A DNA stretch of 44,171 nucleotides from an uncultured Actinomycetes bacterium (GCA_963704885.1 CAVPIB010000016.1:1-44171); one strand, 5' to 3'; shown: positions 27,846 through 38,006, numbered from the stretch's first letter. The notes: generated by a model not told the origin, from the sequence alone. Made by a program: numbers and translations.

Positions 27846-29290
27846 GTGGAGCCCGGGGCGGCGGTGAGGGGATCGGCGAAGCGGTATTCGTCACGGTCGG
27901 AACCGACCATCACCCGTTCGATCGGTTGATCGACTGGGTCGATTCATGGCTCGCGAACGGATCCGGCGGCACTGGGGCGTTCGTTCAGTACGGCACCTCG
28001 CAGCGCCCTCACGTCGCCGCCGGAGAGGCGTACCTGCCGCACGACGAGATGGCTCGCAAGATCGCATCGGCGAGGGCGATCGTCTGCCACGGCGGTCCGG
28101 GCACCATCATCGACTGCATGCGCTCGGGCACCAAGCCGATCGTGGTCCCCAGACGTCACGCCATGGGGGAGCACGTGGACGATCACCAGGTTCGGTTCAC
28201 GCGCCGGCTCGAGGAAGCGGGCTACATCAAGGTAGCTGCCGACGAACGGCAACTGGGAGCACTGCTCCGAGAGGCGCTGGAGGGTTCACCGGACTTCGTC
28301 GCCAGCAAGACCGACGACTCGGTGAAGGCTACCGTCGAGAGGTTCGCCGAGATCGCCGACCCGCTGCTCCCCAACAACCAAGACCGGGTCCGGGTCCTCT
28401 ACATCGGAGGTTGGGGACGCAGCGGTAGCACTCTGCTCGATCGTCTGCTCGGACAGATGGAGGGCTCATTCTCTGTCGGTGAGATGCGGGATCTGTGGCT
28501 CCGAGGAGTCCTAGAGAACCGCCGGTGCGGGTGTGGGTCGCCTTTCCTCGAATGCTCCTTCTGGACGGAGGTCGGGGCGGAAGCGTTCGGCGGCTGGAGC
28601 CGATCGCAGGCCGCCGACCTGCATCGACTCCGCACGAGGTACGACCGGCCGTGGATGCTGCCGGTCCTCGCGTTGGCGGCACCGTCACCTCTGGGACTCG
28701 ATCGATACGCCGATGCAACGGCGACCCTCTATCGCGCCATCGCCCGTGTATCGGGGGCTTCCGTGATCGTCGACTCCACGAAGATCCCCTCGTACGCCTT
28801 CCTACTCAGGCGGGTACCGGCCATCGATCTCAGGTTCGTCCACCTGGTGAGAGACAGCCGCGGGGTCGTTCACTCGTGGAAGAAGTCCGTCGAACGAAGA
28901 GACGCGATCGGGCACCCCGACCGGATGCTGAAGTACGGAGTGGCCTCGGCCAGCGGCCGGTACCTCATGTACAACGCGACGGCCGACCTGGTTAGACACT
29001 CGGACCTGCCTTATCTCTTCGTTCGATACGAAGACCTGGTCGCGAAACCCGGGCCCACACTGCAAGAAGTCGCCGGGTTCGCGGACCTCCCGGGGGATGT
29101 CGGATTCCTGGACGACGACACGGCCAACATAGGTGTCAGTCACACCGTGGACGGGAACCCTATGCGGTTCACCCAGGGAAAGCTCAGGATCAAGGCCGAT
29201 GAGGAGTGGCGGGCGAGCATGACTCATCGGGACCAGCGGGTCGTCGTCGCGCTGACCCGCCCCCTGCTCAAGCGGTACGGCTACTCCTGA
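27842..29290 (+). CDS. PssE/Cps14G (Alg13-like) glycosyltransferase fused to a sulfotransferase
   Basis: VFVTVGTDHHPFDRL, CHGGPGTI, GEHVDDHQ, then in frame YIGGWGRSGSTLL, VDSTK, HLVRDSRGV; GTGA overlap at 27842. Confidence 0.9.
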   Translation: MSGARGGGEGIGEAVFVTVGTDHHPFDRLIDWVDSWLANGSGGTGAFVQYGTSQRPHVAAGEAYLPHDEMARKIASARAIVCHGGPGTIIDCMRSGTKPIVVPRRHAMGEHVDDHQVRFTRRLEEAGYIKVAADERQLGALLREALEGSPDFVASKTDDSVKATVERFAEIADPLLPNNQDRVRVLYIGGWGRSGSTLLDRLLGQMEGSFSVGEMRDLWLRGVLENRRCGCGSPFLECSFWTEVGAEAFGGWSRSQAADLHRLRTRYDRPWMLPVLALAAPSPLGLDRYADATATLYRAIARVSGASVIVDSTKIPSYAFLLRRVPAIDLRFVHLVRDSRGVVHSWKKSVERRDAIGHPDRMLKYGVASASGRYLMYNATADLVRHSDLPYLFVRYEDLVAKPGPTLQEVAGFADLPGDVGFLDDDTANIGVSHTVDGNPMRFTQGKLRIKADEEWRASMTHRDQRVVVALTRPLLKRYGYS

Positions 29291-29423
29291 GAACCTCCCG
29301 GGATCGACCTGATCGTCTCTAGCGCGATCGAGCACAGCCTGTTACCGTGTCCCCCGATCAGGCTAGGCCGTTCGGAGTACGAGAGGGATCAGGCTCCTCG
29401 ACCCCGACCGGGAAGGGGGACCT

Positions 29424-32400
29424 CTGCGACATCGTCGGCGGATCGTCGGGGCGCTGATGCTCGCCGCCGCGCTAGCGACATCGGTTGTCCAGGCGCTCGC
29501 GCCGGCAGCGTCGGCCGTGCAGACGACCCACGCCGCCGCCGTGTCAGAGAACCCCGCCAACTGGACGCCGAACGTCATGAACGGCAGGGTTTTCGCGATA
29601 CTCCAGATGGGCACCAAGGTCATCGTCGGCGGATCGTTCACCCAGGTTCAGGCATCTGGCTCGAGTCAAACGTTGACGCGCAACTACCTGTTCGCGTTCG
29701 ACATGAACACCGGTACGATCGATCAGAATTTCGTTCCGCAGCTCAACAACCAAGTGGAGGCGCTCGCCCCCGGGCCCGACGGCCAGTCCATCTTCGTCGG
29801 TGGTTCCTTCAGCTCTGTCAACGGGAACACCAACTACAGGCGTCTGGTGCGTCTCACGCTCGCAGACGGGCAGCTCGTGACGGGCTTCCGGCCGAACCCC
29901 GCAACGACGGTGCGCGCTCTTGTTCTGCGAGGGACGTGGCTCTACGTATCCGGCACGTTCCAGCAGATCGGAGGCGTGAGCCGGTCGGGACTCGCCCGAG
30001 TGGATCCGGTCACTGGTGCCATCGACGCGGCGTTCGACGTTCCGTTCACGGAGCCACAGAACGGTGGCGACCTGAACGTCCGCAAGATCGACGTGACCCC
30101 TGATGGCTCGCAGCTGGTTGCGATCGGCAACTTCAGCCGGGTGGGCGGACTGCCGCGCAACCAGGCGGCGATCGTCGACCTGACGGCAAACCCCCCGTCG
30201 GTCTCGTCCTGGCAGACCGATCAGTTCGCCTTCTTCATCCCCAACACGACGATCACGTGGTGCTCTGCCGCCTTCTGGACGTATATGCACGACGTCGACA
30301 TCTCCCCGGACGGAACGTACTTCGTGATCGTCACGACCGGCGCGTACCGGGCGAACCGGCTCTGCGACACCGTGACTCGATGGGAGCTATCGGCCACCGG
30401 GCCCGGACAGCTTCCGACCTGGGTCGACTGGGCGGGAGGAGACACGTTCTGGGGCGTCGCAACCACCGGTGCGGCCGTCTATGCGGGCGGACACCCTCGG
30501 TGGATGAACAACCCATATCGCAGCAACGTCGCCGGGCCGGGCGCGGTCCCCCGTGAGGGGATCGCCAGCCTCGACCCGATCAACGGCCTGCCGTTCACAT
30601 GGAATCCCGGTCGCGCACGAGGGGTCGGGACGTTCGACATCGTCGGAACGCCTGACGGCCTTTTCGTAGGGAGCGACACGGACCGGTTCGGAGGCGAGAC
30701 CCGTCGGAAGATCGCCTTCCTTCCCTTGACGGGCGGAACCCTGGTCCCGCCCAACATCCCCTACGGCCTACCGAACAACCTCTACAGGATCGATGAAGCC
30801 ACCTCGTCGTTGACGCGCCGGAGCTTCGACGGGACGTCCTTCGGCCCGACCACCACCCTGAGCACGGGCGTGAACTGGGCGACGACCCGCGGAGCCTTCG
30901 CCCTGAACGGAAGGATTTACACGGGGCAGAGCAACGGAACGATGACGTTCCGCACCTTCAACGGCACGACGGTGGGCGGTTCCAACACCATCAACCTGTA
31001 CGGACTCGAGGTCGCGCCGGGCGGGAACAACTTCCTGATACCGGGGACGAATACGCAGGTCCCGGGATTCAACGCCCACCTCGCCTCGATGACCGGCATG
31101 TTCTTCGAGAACGGGCGGATCTACTACACGGTCTCCGGGAATCCGCGCCTCTATTACCGCTACTTCACGCCGGAGAGCCTCGTCGTGGGTGCGAACCTGT
31201 TCGTCGGCAGCAACACGCCCACGATCGACTGGGCCAACGTCCGCGGGTTGACGATGGCGAGTGGCGGTTTGTACTACTCCCTGGCGAACGGGAACCTCTT
31301 CCGAGTCGGGTGGGTGGGTGGAGCACCGTCGGGAACCCCCGTGCAGATCGGCGGCCCGGGCGTGGACGGCGTCGACTGGGCATCTCGGGGACTATTCGCT
31401 TTCGCTGGATCCACCGACACCACCGGTCCCTCCACACCGGGCACGCCGAGCGGGTCAAGCAGCGGGTTCGACTCCATCGACCTCACCTGGACCGCCTCGT
31501 CGGACCCGAGCCAACCCATCACCTATCAGATCTACCGCGACGGAGATCCGACGCCGGTCGGCTCGATCCAGAGCTCATCCACGACGACCGTCGCCTTCAC
31601 CGATACCGGCCTGATCGCGGGCAGCACCCACACCTACACGGTCGACGCCATGGATCCGGTCGGCAACATGTCGGCGATGAGCAATCCCTCCGGTCCGATC
31701 ACCGTCCTGATGGCCGAGTCGGACCCGCCCACCCAGCCGGGGACGCCGACAGGTTCTAGCTCGACCAGTTCCACGATCTCACTCAACTGGACCCCGTCCA
31801 CCGACGCCTCACTCCCGATCACGTACCGCGTGTATCGCGATGGCGACCCACTGTCCGTTGGCTCGACGACTTCCACATCCTTCGTGGACTCCGGGTTGGC
31901 CGCGGGCAGCACCCACACCTACGTCGTCGAACCGGTCGATGCCCTTTCAAACGTCGGCCCACCAAGCGACGCGTCTGTCCCGATCACCGTGATGTCCGCG
32001 ATCTTCGCGGATGACTTCACCGGAGCATCGTTCGCCAACTGGACCGGTGTCACCAACATGAGCATCGACGGCGGCACCGGCGCTCCGTCGCCGCCGAGCG
32101 CTCTCGGAGCCCCCTCCAACCAAGCCGCATTCGCGTTCCGCACGCTGGAAACCAGTTACGCCACCATGTGTGCGAGCCTGCGGGTCGACGTCACCGGCCA
32201 GAGCGGCAGCTTCATCCTCCTCCGATTGCGAACCACCACCAACGGGCCGATCGTGCGGGTCTTCTTAGGTGGCGACGGAGCGCTCAACGTTCGCTCCGAC
32301 GTATCCGGCACGTCCTTCCCATCAGGCGTAGCCCTCGGAAACGGTTGGCATCTCATCGAGCTGTGCGGCACCGTTGGAACGGCGACCTCGTGGTCGCTCT

Positions 32401-32543
32401 ACCGTGACGGGGCACTCATCGTGGATACCGGCGGCGTGAACTCAGGGGCGACGCCGATCGGGCGAATCCAGATCGGCGACAACGCCGCCAAGTCCTGGAC
32501 CGCTAACTTCGACGACGTCGTGCTGGACGACTTGCCTGATTGA
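29424..32543 (+). CDS. Large secreted beta-propeller-type protein with two FN3 domains and the conserved C-terminal domain
   Basis: Signal ending AASA-V, repeated VGGSF/SGTF/IGNF blade-like motifs, two P.TPG.P...LTW...YRDG FN3 units. CTG 29424 is proposed; ATG 29457 is the alternative. Confidence 0.82.
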   Translation: MRHRRRIVGALMLAAALATSVVQALAPAASAVQTTHAAAVSENPANWTPNVMNGRVFAILQMGTKVIVGGSFTQVQASGSSQTLTRNYLFAFDMNTGTIDQNFVPQLNNQVEALAPGPDGQSIFVGGSFSSVNGNTNYRRLVRLTLADGQLVTGFRPNPATTVRALVLRGTWLYVSGTFQQIGGVSRSGLARVDPVTGAIDAAFDVPFTEPQNGGDLNVRKIDVTPDGSQLVAIGNFSRVGGLPRNQAAIVDLTANPPSVSSWQTDQFAFFIPNTTITWCSAAFWTYMHDVDISPDGTYFVIVTTGAYRANRLCDTVTRWELSATGPGQLPTWVDWAGGDTFWGVATTGAAVYAGGHPRWMNNPYRSNVAGPGAVPREGIASLDPINGLPFTWNPGRARGVGTFDIVGTPDGLFVGSDTDRFGGETRRKIAFLPLTGGTLVPPNIPYGLPNNLYRIDEATSSLTRRSFDGTSFGPTTTLSTGVNWATTRGAFALNGRIYTGQSNGTMTFRTFNGTTVGGSNTINLYGLEVAPGGNNFLIPGTNTQVPGFNAHLASMTGMFFENGRIYYTVSGNPRLYYRYFTPESLVVGANLFVGSNTPTIDWANVRGLTMASGGLYYSLANGNLFRVGWVGGAPSGTPVQIGGPGVDGVDWASRGLFAFAGSTDTTGPSTPGTPSGSSSGFDSIDLTWTASSDPSQPITYQIYRDGDPTPVGSIQSSSTTTVAFTDTGLIAGSTHTYTVDAMDPVGNMSAMSNPSGPITVLMAESDPPTQPGTPTGSSSTSSTISLNWTPSTDASLPITYRVYRDGDPLSVGSTTSTSFVDSGLAAGSTHTYVVEPVDALSNVGPPSDASVPITVMSAIFADDFTGASFANWTGVTNMSIDGGTGAPSPPSALGAPSNQAAFAFRTLETSYATMCASLRVDVTGQSGSFILLRLRTTTNGPIVRVFLGGDGALNVRSDVSGTSFPSGVALGNGWHLIELCGTVGTATSWSLYRDGALIVDTGGVNSGATPIGRIQIGDNAAKSWTANFDDVVLDDLPD

Positions 32544-32746
32544 TCGGGCGATGAGCCTTGGCCGCCATAAGCCTTAGGTCTTTGGACCCAAGCCGGCTCA
32601 CGGAAGTCCTCCCCCTGGACCGCCCGAGCTAGACCTCCGGCCGTAGCCAGTCCCCCGCGGCGGCGGTATCGTCTTGGGGACCCCGAACGGACATGGCGAG
32701 CCATCTCGACGGACGGCTGACGTCACCGACCCAGCAGGAGGAACCG

Positions 32747-35700
32747 ATGGCGAAGCTTCCCTCCGTCCGACGGCTCGCGTCGCTGTCCACCGCACTACTC
32801 ATCGTGCTGTCGGTCCTCGTCTTCGTTCCAACTCCGGCAGTAGCCGTACAGGTCTCTCAGTCAGTCGTCGTCAACCCCAACCCTGCCGACTGGACCCCGA
32901 TGATCGAGGACGGGCAGGTCAACGCGATCCTGCAGGTCGGCACCAAGGTGATCGTCGGAGGGACGTTCACGCAGGTGCGTCGTGCGAACACGTCGGCCTT
33001 CCTAACCAGGAACTACCTCTTCGCCTTCGACATGAATACAGGAGTCATCGACCCCAACTTCGTGCCGATCCTTAATCGATCGGTCGAGGCCTTGGCCCTG
33101 GGCCCGGATGGCTCGTCGGTGTTCGTCGGAGGGGATTTCAGTACGGTCAACGGTCTGAGTTACAAGAAGGTAGTGCGGCTTAACATCGCTGACGGCAGCA
33201 TCGTGACGGCGTTCAAAGCCAATGCGAGCGCGCTGGTTCAAGACCTCGTGGCCAGGGGGGATTGGCTGTACGTATCGGGCAAGTTCACCACGATCAAGAG
33301 CACGGCACGTTCCGGCGTCGCCCGGCTTGACCCGAACACCGGCAACGTGGACGCGGATTTCGACCTTCCTTTCACGAACCCCCTTCGCGGGACCCTCGGA
33401 GTCCCCGAGATCGACGTGTCTCCCGACGGATCGAACCTGGTTGCGATCGGCAGCTTCAGCAAGGTGGCGGGGCTGGACCGGGTACAGATCGCGATGCTGG
33501 ACGTGGGAGTGACTCCCGCCGTGGTCTCTTCCTGGCAGACCTCGGACTTCCCGGTGTTCGTACAGAACTCGACGACCACATGGTGCTCCGGGAGCTTCCG
33601 AACGTATATGCGCGACGTGGACATCGCGCCAGACGGTTCGTACTTCGTCGTCGCGACCACCGGCGCGTTCAGGGCGAACCGACTATGTGACACGGCGACC
33701 CGCTGGGAGCTCGGAACCACGCGGTCCCAACCAACATCCGACGTGGGCGGACTGGAGCGGCGGCGATACCTCCTGGAGCATCAGCGCCACCGGCACCGCG
33801 ATCTACGTCGGCGGCCACTTCCGCTGGTGGAACAACCCCTACCGAGGGGACACCGCCGGACCGGGTGCTGTCGCCCGGGAGGGCATCGTCGCCCTGGACC
33901 CGATCAACGGGCTCCCGTTCAGCTGGAACCCGAGCCACGAACGCGGCGTGGGGATCTTCACGATGCCGGCCACGGAGGAGGGATTGTGGGCGGGCAGTGA
34001 CACCGACCATGCCGGCGGCGAGTACCACCAGAAGATCGCCTTCTTCCCGACCGCTGGCGGTGTCACACCACCGCCCGTCGTCACCTACTCGCTACCGAAC
34101 GATCTCTACAACATGAACCTGGCAACGGGGTCGCTCGATCGCCGCTCCTACGATCTGACCACGTTCGGCACCACTTCCTCCGTGCCGACCGGCGTGGACT
34201 GGCGGAATGCGCGGGGCGCATTCATGGTGAGCGGCAGGCTCTACACAGGGTGGAGCGATGCCACGTTCAGGGTCCAGGACTTCGACGGCACGACGATGGG
34301 CGCGCCGGCCACGATCGGTCTGAACGGGCTGGAGGTACAGCCGCCCAGCGGCTTCAACATCCCGGGCACGACCACTCGCGTCCCGGCGTTCACAACCGAC
34401 CTTCAGAGCATGACAGGGATGTTCTATTCGAACGGCCGGATCTACTACACGGTGAGTCGCCCCGGGACCACCACGACGAACATCGCCAACAACAACAAGC
34501 TCTATTACAGGTACTTCACGCCGGAGAGCCAGGTCGTAGGGGCGAACCTCTTCGTCGCCAGCAGCTATCCGGCCGACACGACGATCCAGTGGGCTAACGT
34601 CGCCGGGATGACGATGGCGAACGGCAAGTTGATCTACGCGACCACAGATAACCGCCTGTGGCGCGTGGACTGGTCGGGAACCGCCCCCACTGGGACTCCG
34701 ACCCAGATCGGTGGCCCCGGCATCGATGCGGCGAACTGGGCCTCGCGCGGTCTGTTCGTCTTCAACCAAACGGTTGACACGTTCGCGCCAACTACACCGG
34801 GCGCACCGAGCGGGTCAAGTTCGACGTTCGACTCGATCGACCTCACCTGGCAGGCTTCGGTCGACAACATCTCCCCGACCCTGACCTACCAGGTGTACAG
34901 GGATGGGATTCAGATCGGTCAGGTGATCAGCGCCTCGAAGGGCGCCGTAACCTACACGGACGCAGGGCTGCCGGCTGGCAGCACCCACACTTACAGGGTG
35001 GACGCCGTCGACGGGGCGAACAATTCGAGTCCGCTCAGCAACGTATCCAGCCCGATCACGGTACTTGCGCCAGACACCACGCCGCCGAGTGATCCCGGCT
35101 TACCGGCTGGCGTGAGCACGTCGACCTCGACGATCAGTCTGACCTGGGCCATCTCGGTAGACAACGAGAGCACCAACCTCACGTACCGCATCTACCGAGA
35201 TGGCGTCGACCCCGGGAACTTCATAGCCCAGTTCCAGAGCTCGTCAGATGGAACCGTGTCATTCGTCGACACCGGTCTCTGGCCGGGCACCGCTCACACC
35301 TACTCCGTTCAGGCGCTCGACGAAGCTGGGAACGAAAGCAACAAGGTGACATCGGACTCCATATCCGTGATGGCGGCGGTCTTCGCGGACAACTTCACGG
35401 GCGGCCTCGCAGGGTGGTCGACCGTAACCAGGATCTCGCTGGACGTCGCGAACGGGTCGTTCTCAGCGCCGAGCGCCCAGGGAACGCCCACGGCTCAGAG
35501 CGCCTACGCTTACGCCGACCTGCCAACAACACTCACGACGATCTGCGTGAGCGCCAACGTGAACGTCACGAACAGGACAACCTCTCTGGACCTGATCCGG
35601 CTCCGAACGGCGGCGAATGGGGCCGTGGCGAAGGTATACCTGAACTCTCAGGGCCAACTGGTCGTTCGATCCGACTTCGCCGGCACGCAGCAGTCGTCCA

Positions 35701-35921
35701 GCGTGACGCTGTCGACGGACTGGAACCGGATAGAGCTCTGTGGGAGTGACGTGGCCAGCTCGGGACTCTGGGACCTGTATCTGAACGGCTCTACGATCGT
35801 GAGCGGTTGGGCTGCGGATACGGGCACGGAAGCCGTTGGGCGCATCCAGATAGGCGATACAGCAGCCAAGACATGGACAGCGAATTGGGACGACGTGGTG
35901 GTTGACCAGGCGTCGGGCTGA
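32747..35921 (+). pseudogene. Tandem paralog of 29424-32543, split by a +1 frameshift near 33721
   Basis: SD AGGAGG before ATG 32747; RWELGT|GPNQHPTWADWSGGD aligns with paralog RWELSATGPGQLPTWVDWAGGD after removing one base. Could be a sequencing error. Confidence 0.85.
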
Positions 35922-35968
35922 GGCCGACCGTAGACACTCGGCCGGTCAACCGGAGGAGGGACGGCATC

Positions 35969-37969
35969 ATGAGGGGCGGATCATCGCGCCACCCGATCGC
36001 CGTGGCAGTGGTCGCTATCGTGGTCGCAGGGCTAGCCCCGGCGCCGGCCCAAGCCGTCGGTCCAGGCACGCCCTTCACTTGGGGCGGCAACACATACGGC
36101 CAACTCGGTGACGGGACCACCACGGGTCATGCCTTCCCAGCGCCCATCCTGTCCCTTGCTGACGCCATCGACATCGGCGGCGGCCGGGAGCACGCGGTCG
36201 CCCTTCGTCCAAACGGGCGCGTCTGGACTTGGGGACGCAACAACTTCGGCCAGATCGGCGATGGAACCACCCAGGCTCGTTCGTCGCCGACACTCGTGCC
36301 GGGTATCACTGGTGCCATCGACGTCGCCACGGGCCACTACCACACGCTGGCGCTCCGCTCCGACGGAACGGCCTGGGGGTGGGGATACAACGCCCTCGGT
36401 CAACTGGGTGATGGAACCACGACGAACCGCCGGAGCCCTGTGCGGATGGGCACGCTGACCGGCGTAGCAGACATCGCTGGCGGCCGCAGCATGAGCTACG
36501 CGCTTCTCGACGACGGCACCCTATGGGCCTGCGGATCGAACGCCGACGGCCAACTTGGCGACGGGACCCGTACCACGCGGACGACTCCGGTCCGCGTAGG
36601 GATTCTGGCGAACGTGGTCTCGTTCGCAGGAGGACGCGATCACGGCTTAGCGGTGCTTGGGGACGGCTCGGTCTGGGCTTGGGGCGACAACGCCTACGGT
36701 CAGATCGGGGACGGGACCTTGACCGACAGGATCTCGCCGGTCCAGGTCGGCGGGATCGACGAAGCCGTAGCGGTCATAGCCGGGGCGCATCATTCGACAG
36801 CGCTGCTCTCAGACGGCAGCGTCCTGGCGTGGGGCAGGAACAACCTTGGCCAGCTGGGCGACGGGTCAACCATAGCTCGGCGGACACCCGCTCCCGTCTT
36901 GGGCCTCAGCGACGTCGTGGCCATCGGAGCAGGCCGGGACCACACCCTGACCGTCCTCGAGGATGGAACGGCTCGTGCCTGGGGATTGAACGACTTCGGA
37001 CAGCTGGGGGATGGCACCACCACGAATCGGACCCAGCCGGTCGTCGTTTCGGGACTGTCGGGGGCGGTGGAGGTGCACGGGGGACGCGACTACTCGATCG
37101 CGATGGTCGTCGACGCTGACCCCGACGTAGCGCCTCCGACGGCGCCAGGCCAGCCGAACGGACAGAGCATCACGCCCGGCGCGATCGACCTGAGTTGGCT
37201 AGCCGCTGCCGATGACGTGAGCACGGCGCTCACCTATCGGGTGTTCCGTGATGCTTCTCTGGCAGGTACGACCATGAGCTCTTCGCCCATCGTCAGCTTC
37301 ACGGACGTCGGTCTACAAGGGGGCGACTCGCACGTATACACCGTTACGGCTTTGGATGCGGCAATGAATGAGGGTCCCGCCAGCTCGCCGTCCGATCCGA
37401 TCACTGTGGCGAGCGGGCCATCCGTGATCTTCTTCGACGACTTCTCGACAGGCACACTCGCGAACTGGACAGCGATCACTCGGTTCGCGATCGACGGGAC
37501 CGCGGGGAGCCCCTCACCGCCGAGTGCGCGGGTATCGGTCTCGGCGCAGTCGGCAACGATGGCTCGCGATCTAGGTGGGAGCTATCCGAGCGTCTGCGTC
37601 AGCGCCCGTGTGAACGTCTCAGCGCGGACGGGCTCGATAGCCCTTTGGCGACTCAGAACGGCAGCCGACGGCCCGATCGCGCGGACGTTGGTCAACTCCT
37701 CTGGCATCCTTACGATCCGCTCGGACGTGTCGGGCGTAACTCTGACCTCGGGCGTGGCCCTGGGGACCGGTTGGCACACGCTCGAGATGTGCGGGACCGT
37801 GGGCACCGCCGGCACCTGGGACCTCTACCGTGACGGGATCCGGATCGTGAACACCTGGACGGCGAACACGGGAACGATTCCCATCGGCATGTTCGAGCTC
37901 GGGAACTCCAACGCGGGCACTTGGACGGCCAACTTCGACGACATCCAGGTAGACCAGTTCCCCGGTTGA
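35969..37969 (+). CDS. Secreted RCC1/BLIP-II-like seven-repeat propeller + FN3 + conserved C-terminal domain
   Basis: Seven GxNxxGQ(L/I)GDG repeats at an exact 150-nt period (36081-36981); signal ending AQA; SD GGAGG. Confidence 0.9.
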   Translation: MRGGSSRHPIAVAVVAIVVAGLAPAPAQAVGPGTPFTWGGNTYGQLGDGTTTGHAFPAPILSLADAIDIGGGREHAVALRPNGRVWTWGRNNFGQIGDGTTQARSSPTLVPGITGAIDVATGHYHTLALRSDGTAWGWGYNALGQLGDGTTTNRRSPVRMGTLTGVADIAGGRSMSYALLDDGTLWACGSNADGQLGDGTRTTRTTPVRVGILANVVSFAGGRDHGLAVLGDGSVWAWGDNAYGQIGDGTLTDRISPVQVGGIDEAVAVIAGAHHSTALLSDGSVLAWGRNNLGQLGDGSTIARRTPAPVLGLSDVVAIGAGRDHTLTVLEDGTARAWGLNDFGQLGDGTTTNRTQPVVVSGLSGAVEVHGGRDYSIAMVVDADPDVAPPTAPGQPNGQSITPGAIDLSWLAAADDVSTALTYRVFRDASLAGTTMSSSPIVSFTDVGLQGGDSHVYTVTALDAAMNEGPASSPSDPITVASGPSVIFFDDFSTGTLANWTAITRFAIDGTAGSPSPPSARVSVSAQSATMARDLGGSYPSVCVSARVNVSARTGSIALWRLRTAADGPIARTLVNSSGILTIRSDVSGVTLTSGVALGTGWHTLEMCGTVGTAGTWDLYRDGIRIVNTWTANTGTIPIGMFELGNSNAGTWTANFDDIQVDQFPG

Positions 37970-37990
37970 AGTTGCCAGCAACTTCAACCG
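37963..37990. terminator. Hairpin between convergent genes
   Basis: CGGTTGAAGTTG-CCAG-CAACTTCAACCG, 12-bp perfect stem overlapping the stop. Confidence 0.7.
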
Positions 37991-38006
37991 CCGTGAACGG
38001 CGAGAT

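Noticed and set aside
32575-32592. TTAGGTCTTTGGACCCAA as a DevR/OsdR-like box (similar GGGGACTAAAG near 13353)
   Set aside because: Only a partial palindrome with no supporting regulon context; the second site is better explained as a sigma28 -35.
18575-33725. Programmed ribosomal frameshifting at the broken genes
   Set aside because: No shared slippery heptamer or stimulator is visible; isolated single-base indels fit sequencing error or recent mutation better.
11712-38006. Block as a prophage or integrative element
   Set aside because: No integrase, transposase, tRNA target or flanking direct repeats were recognised.
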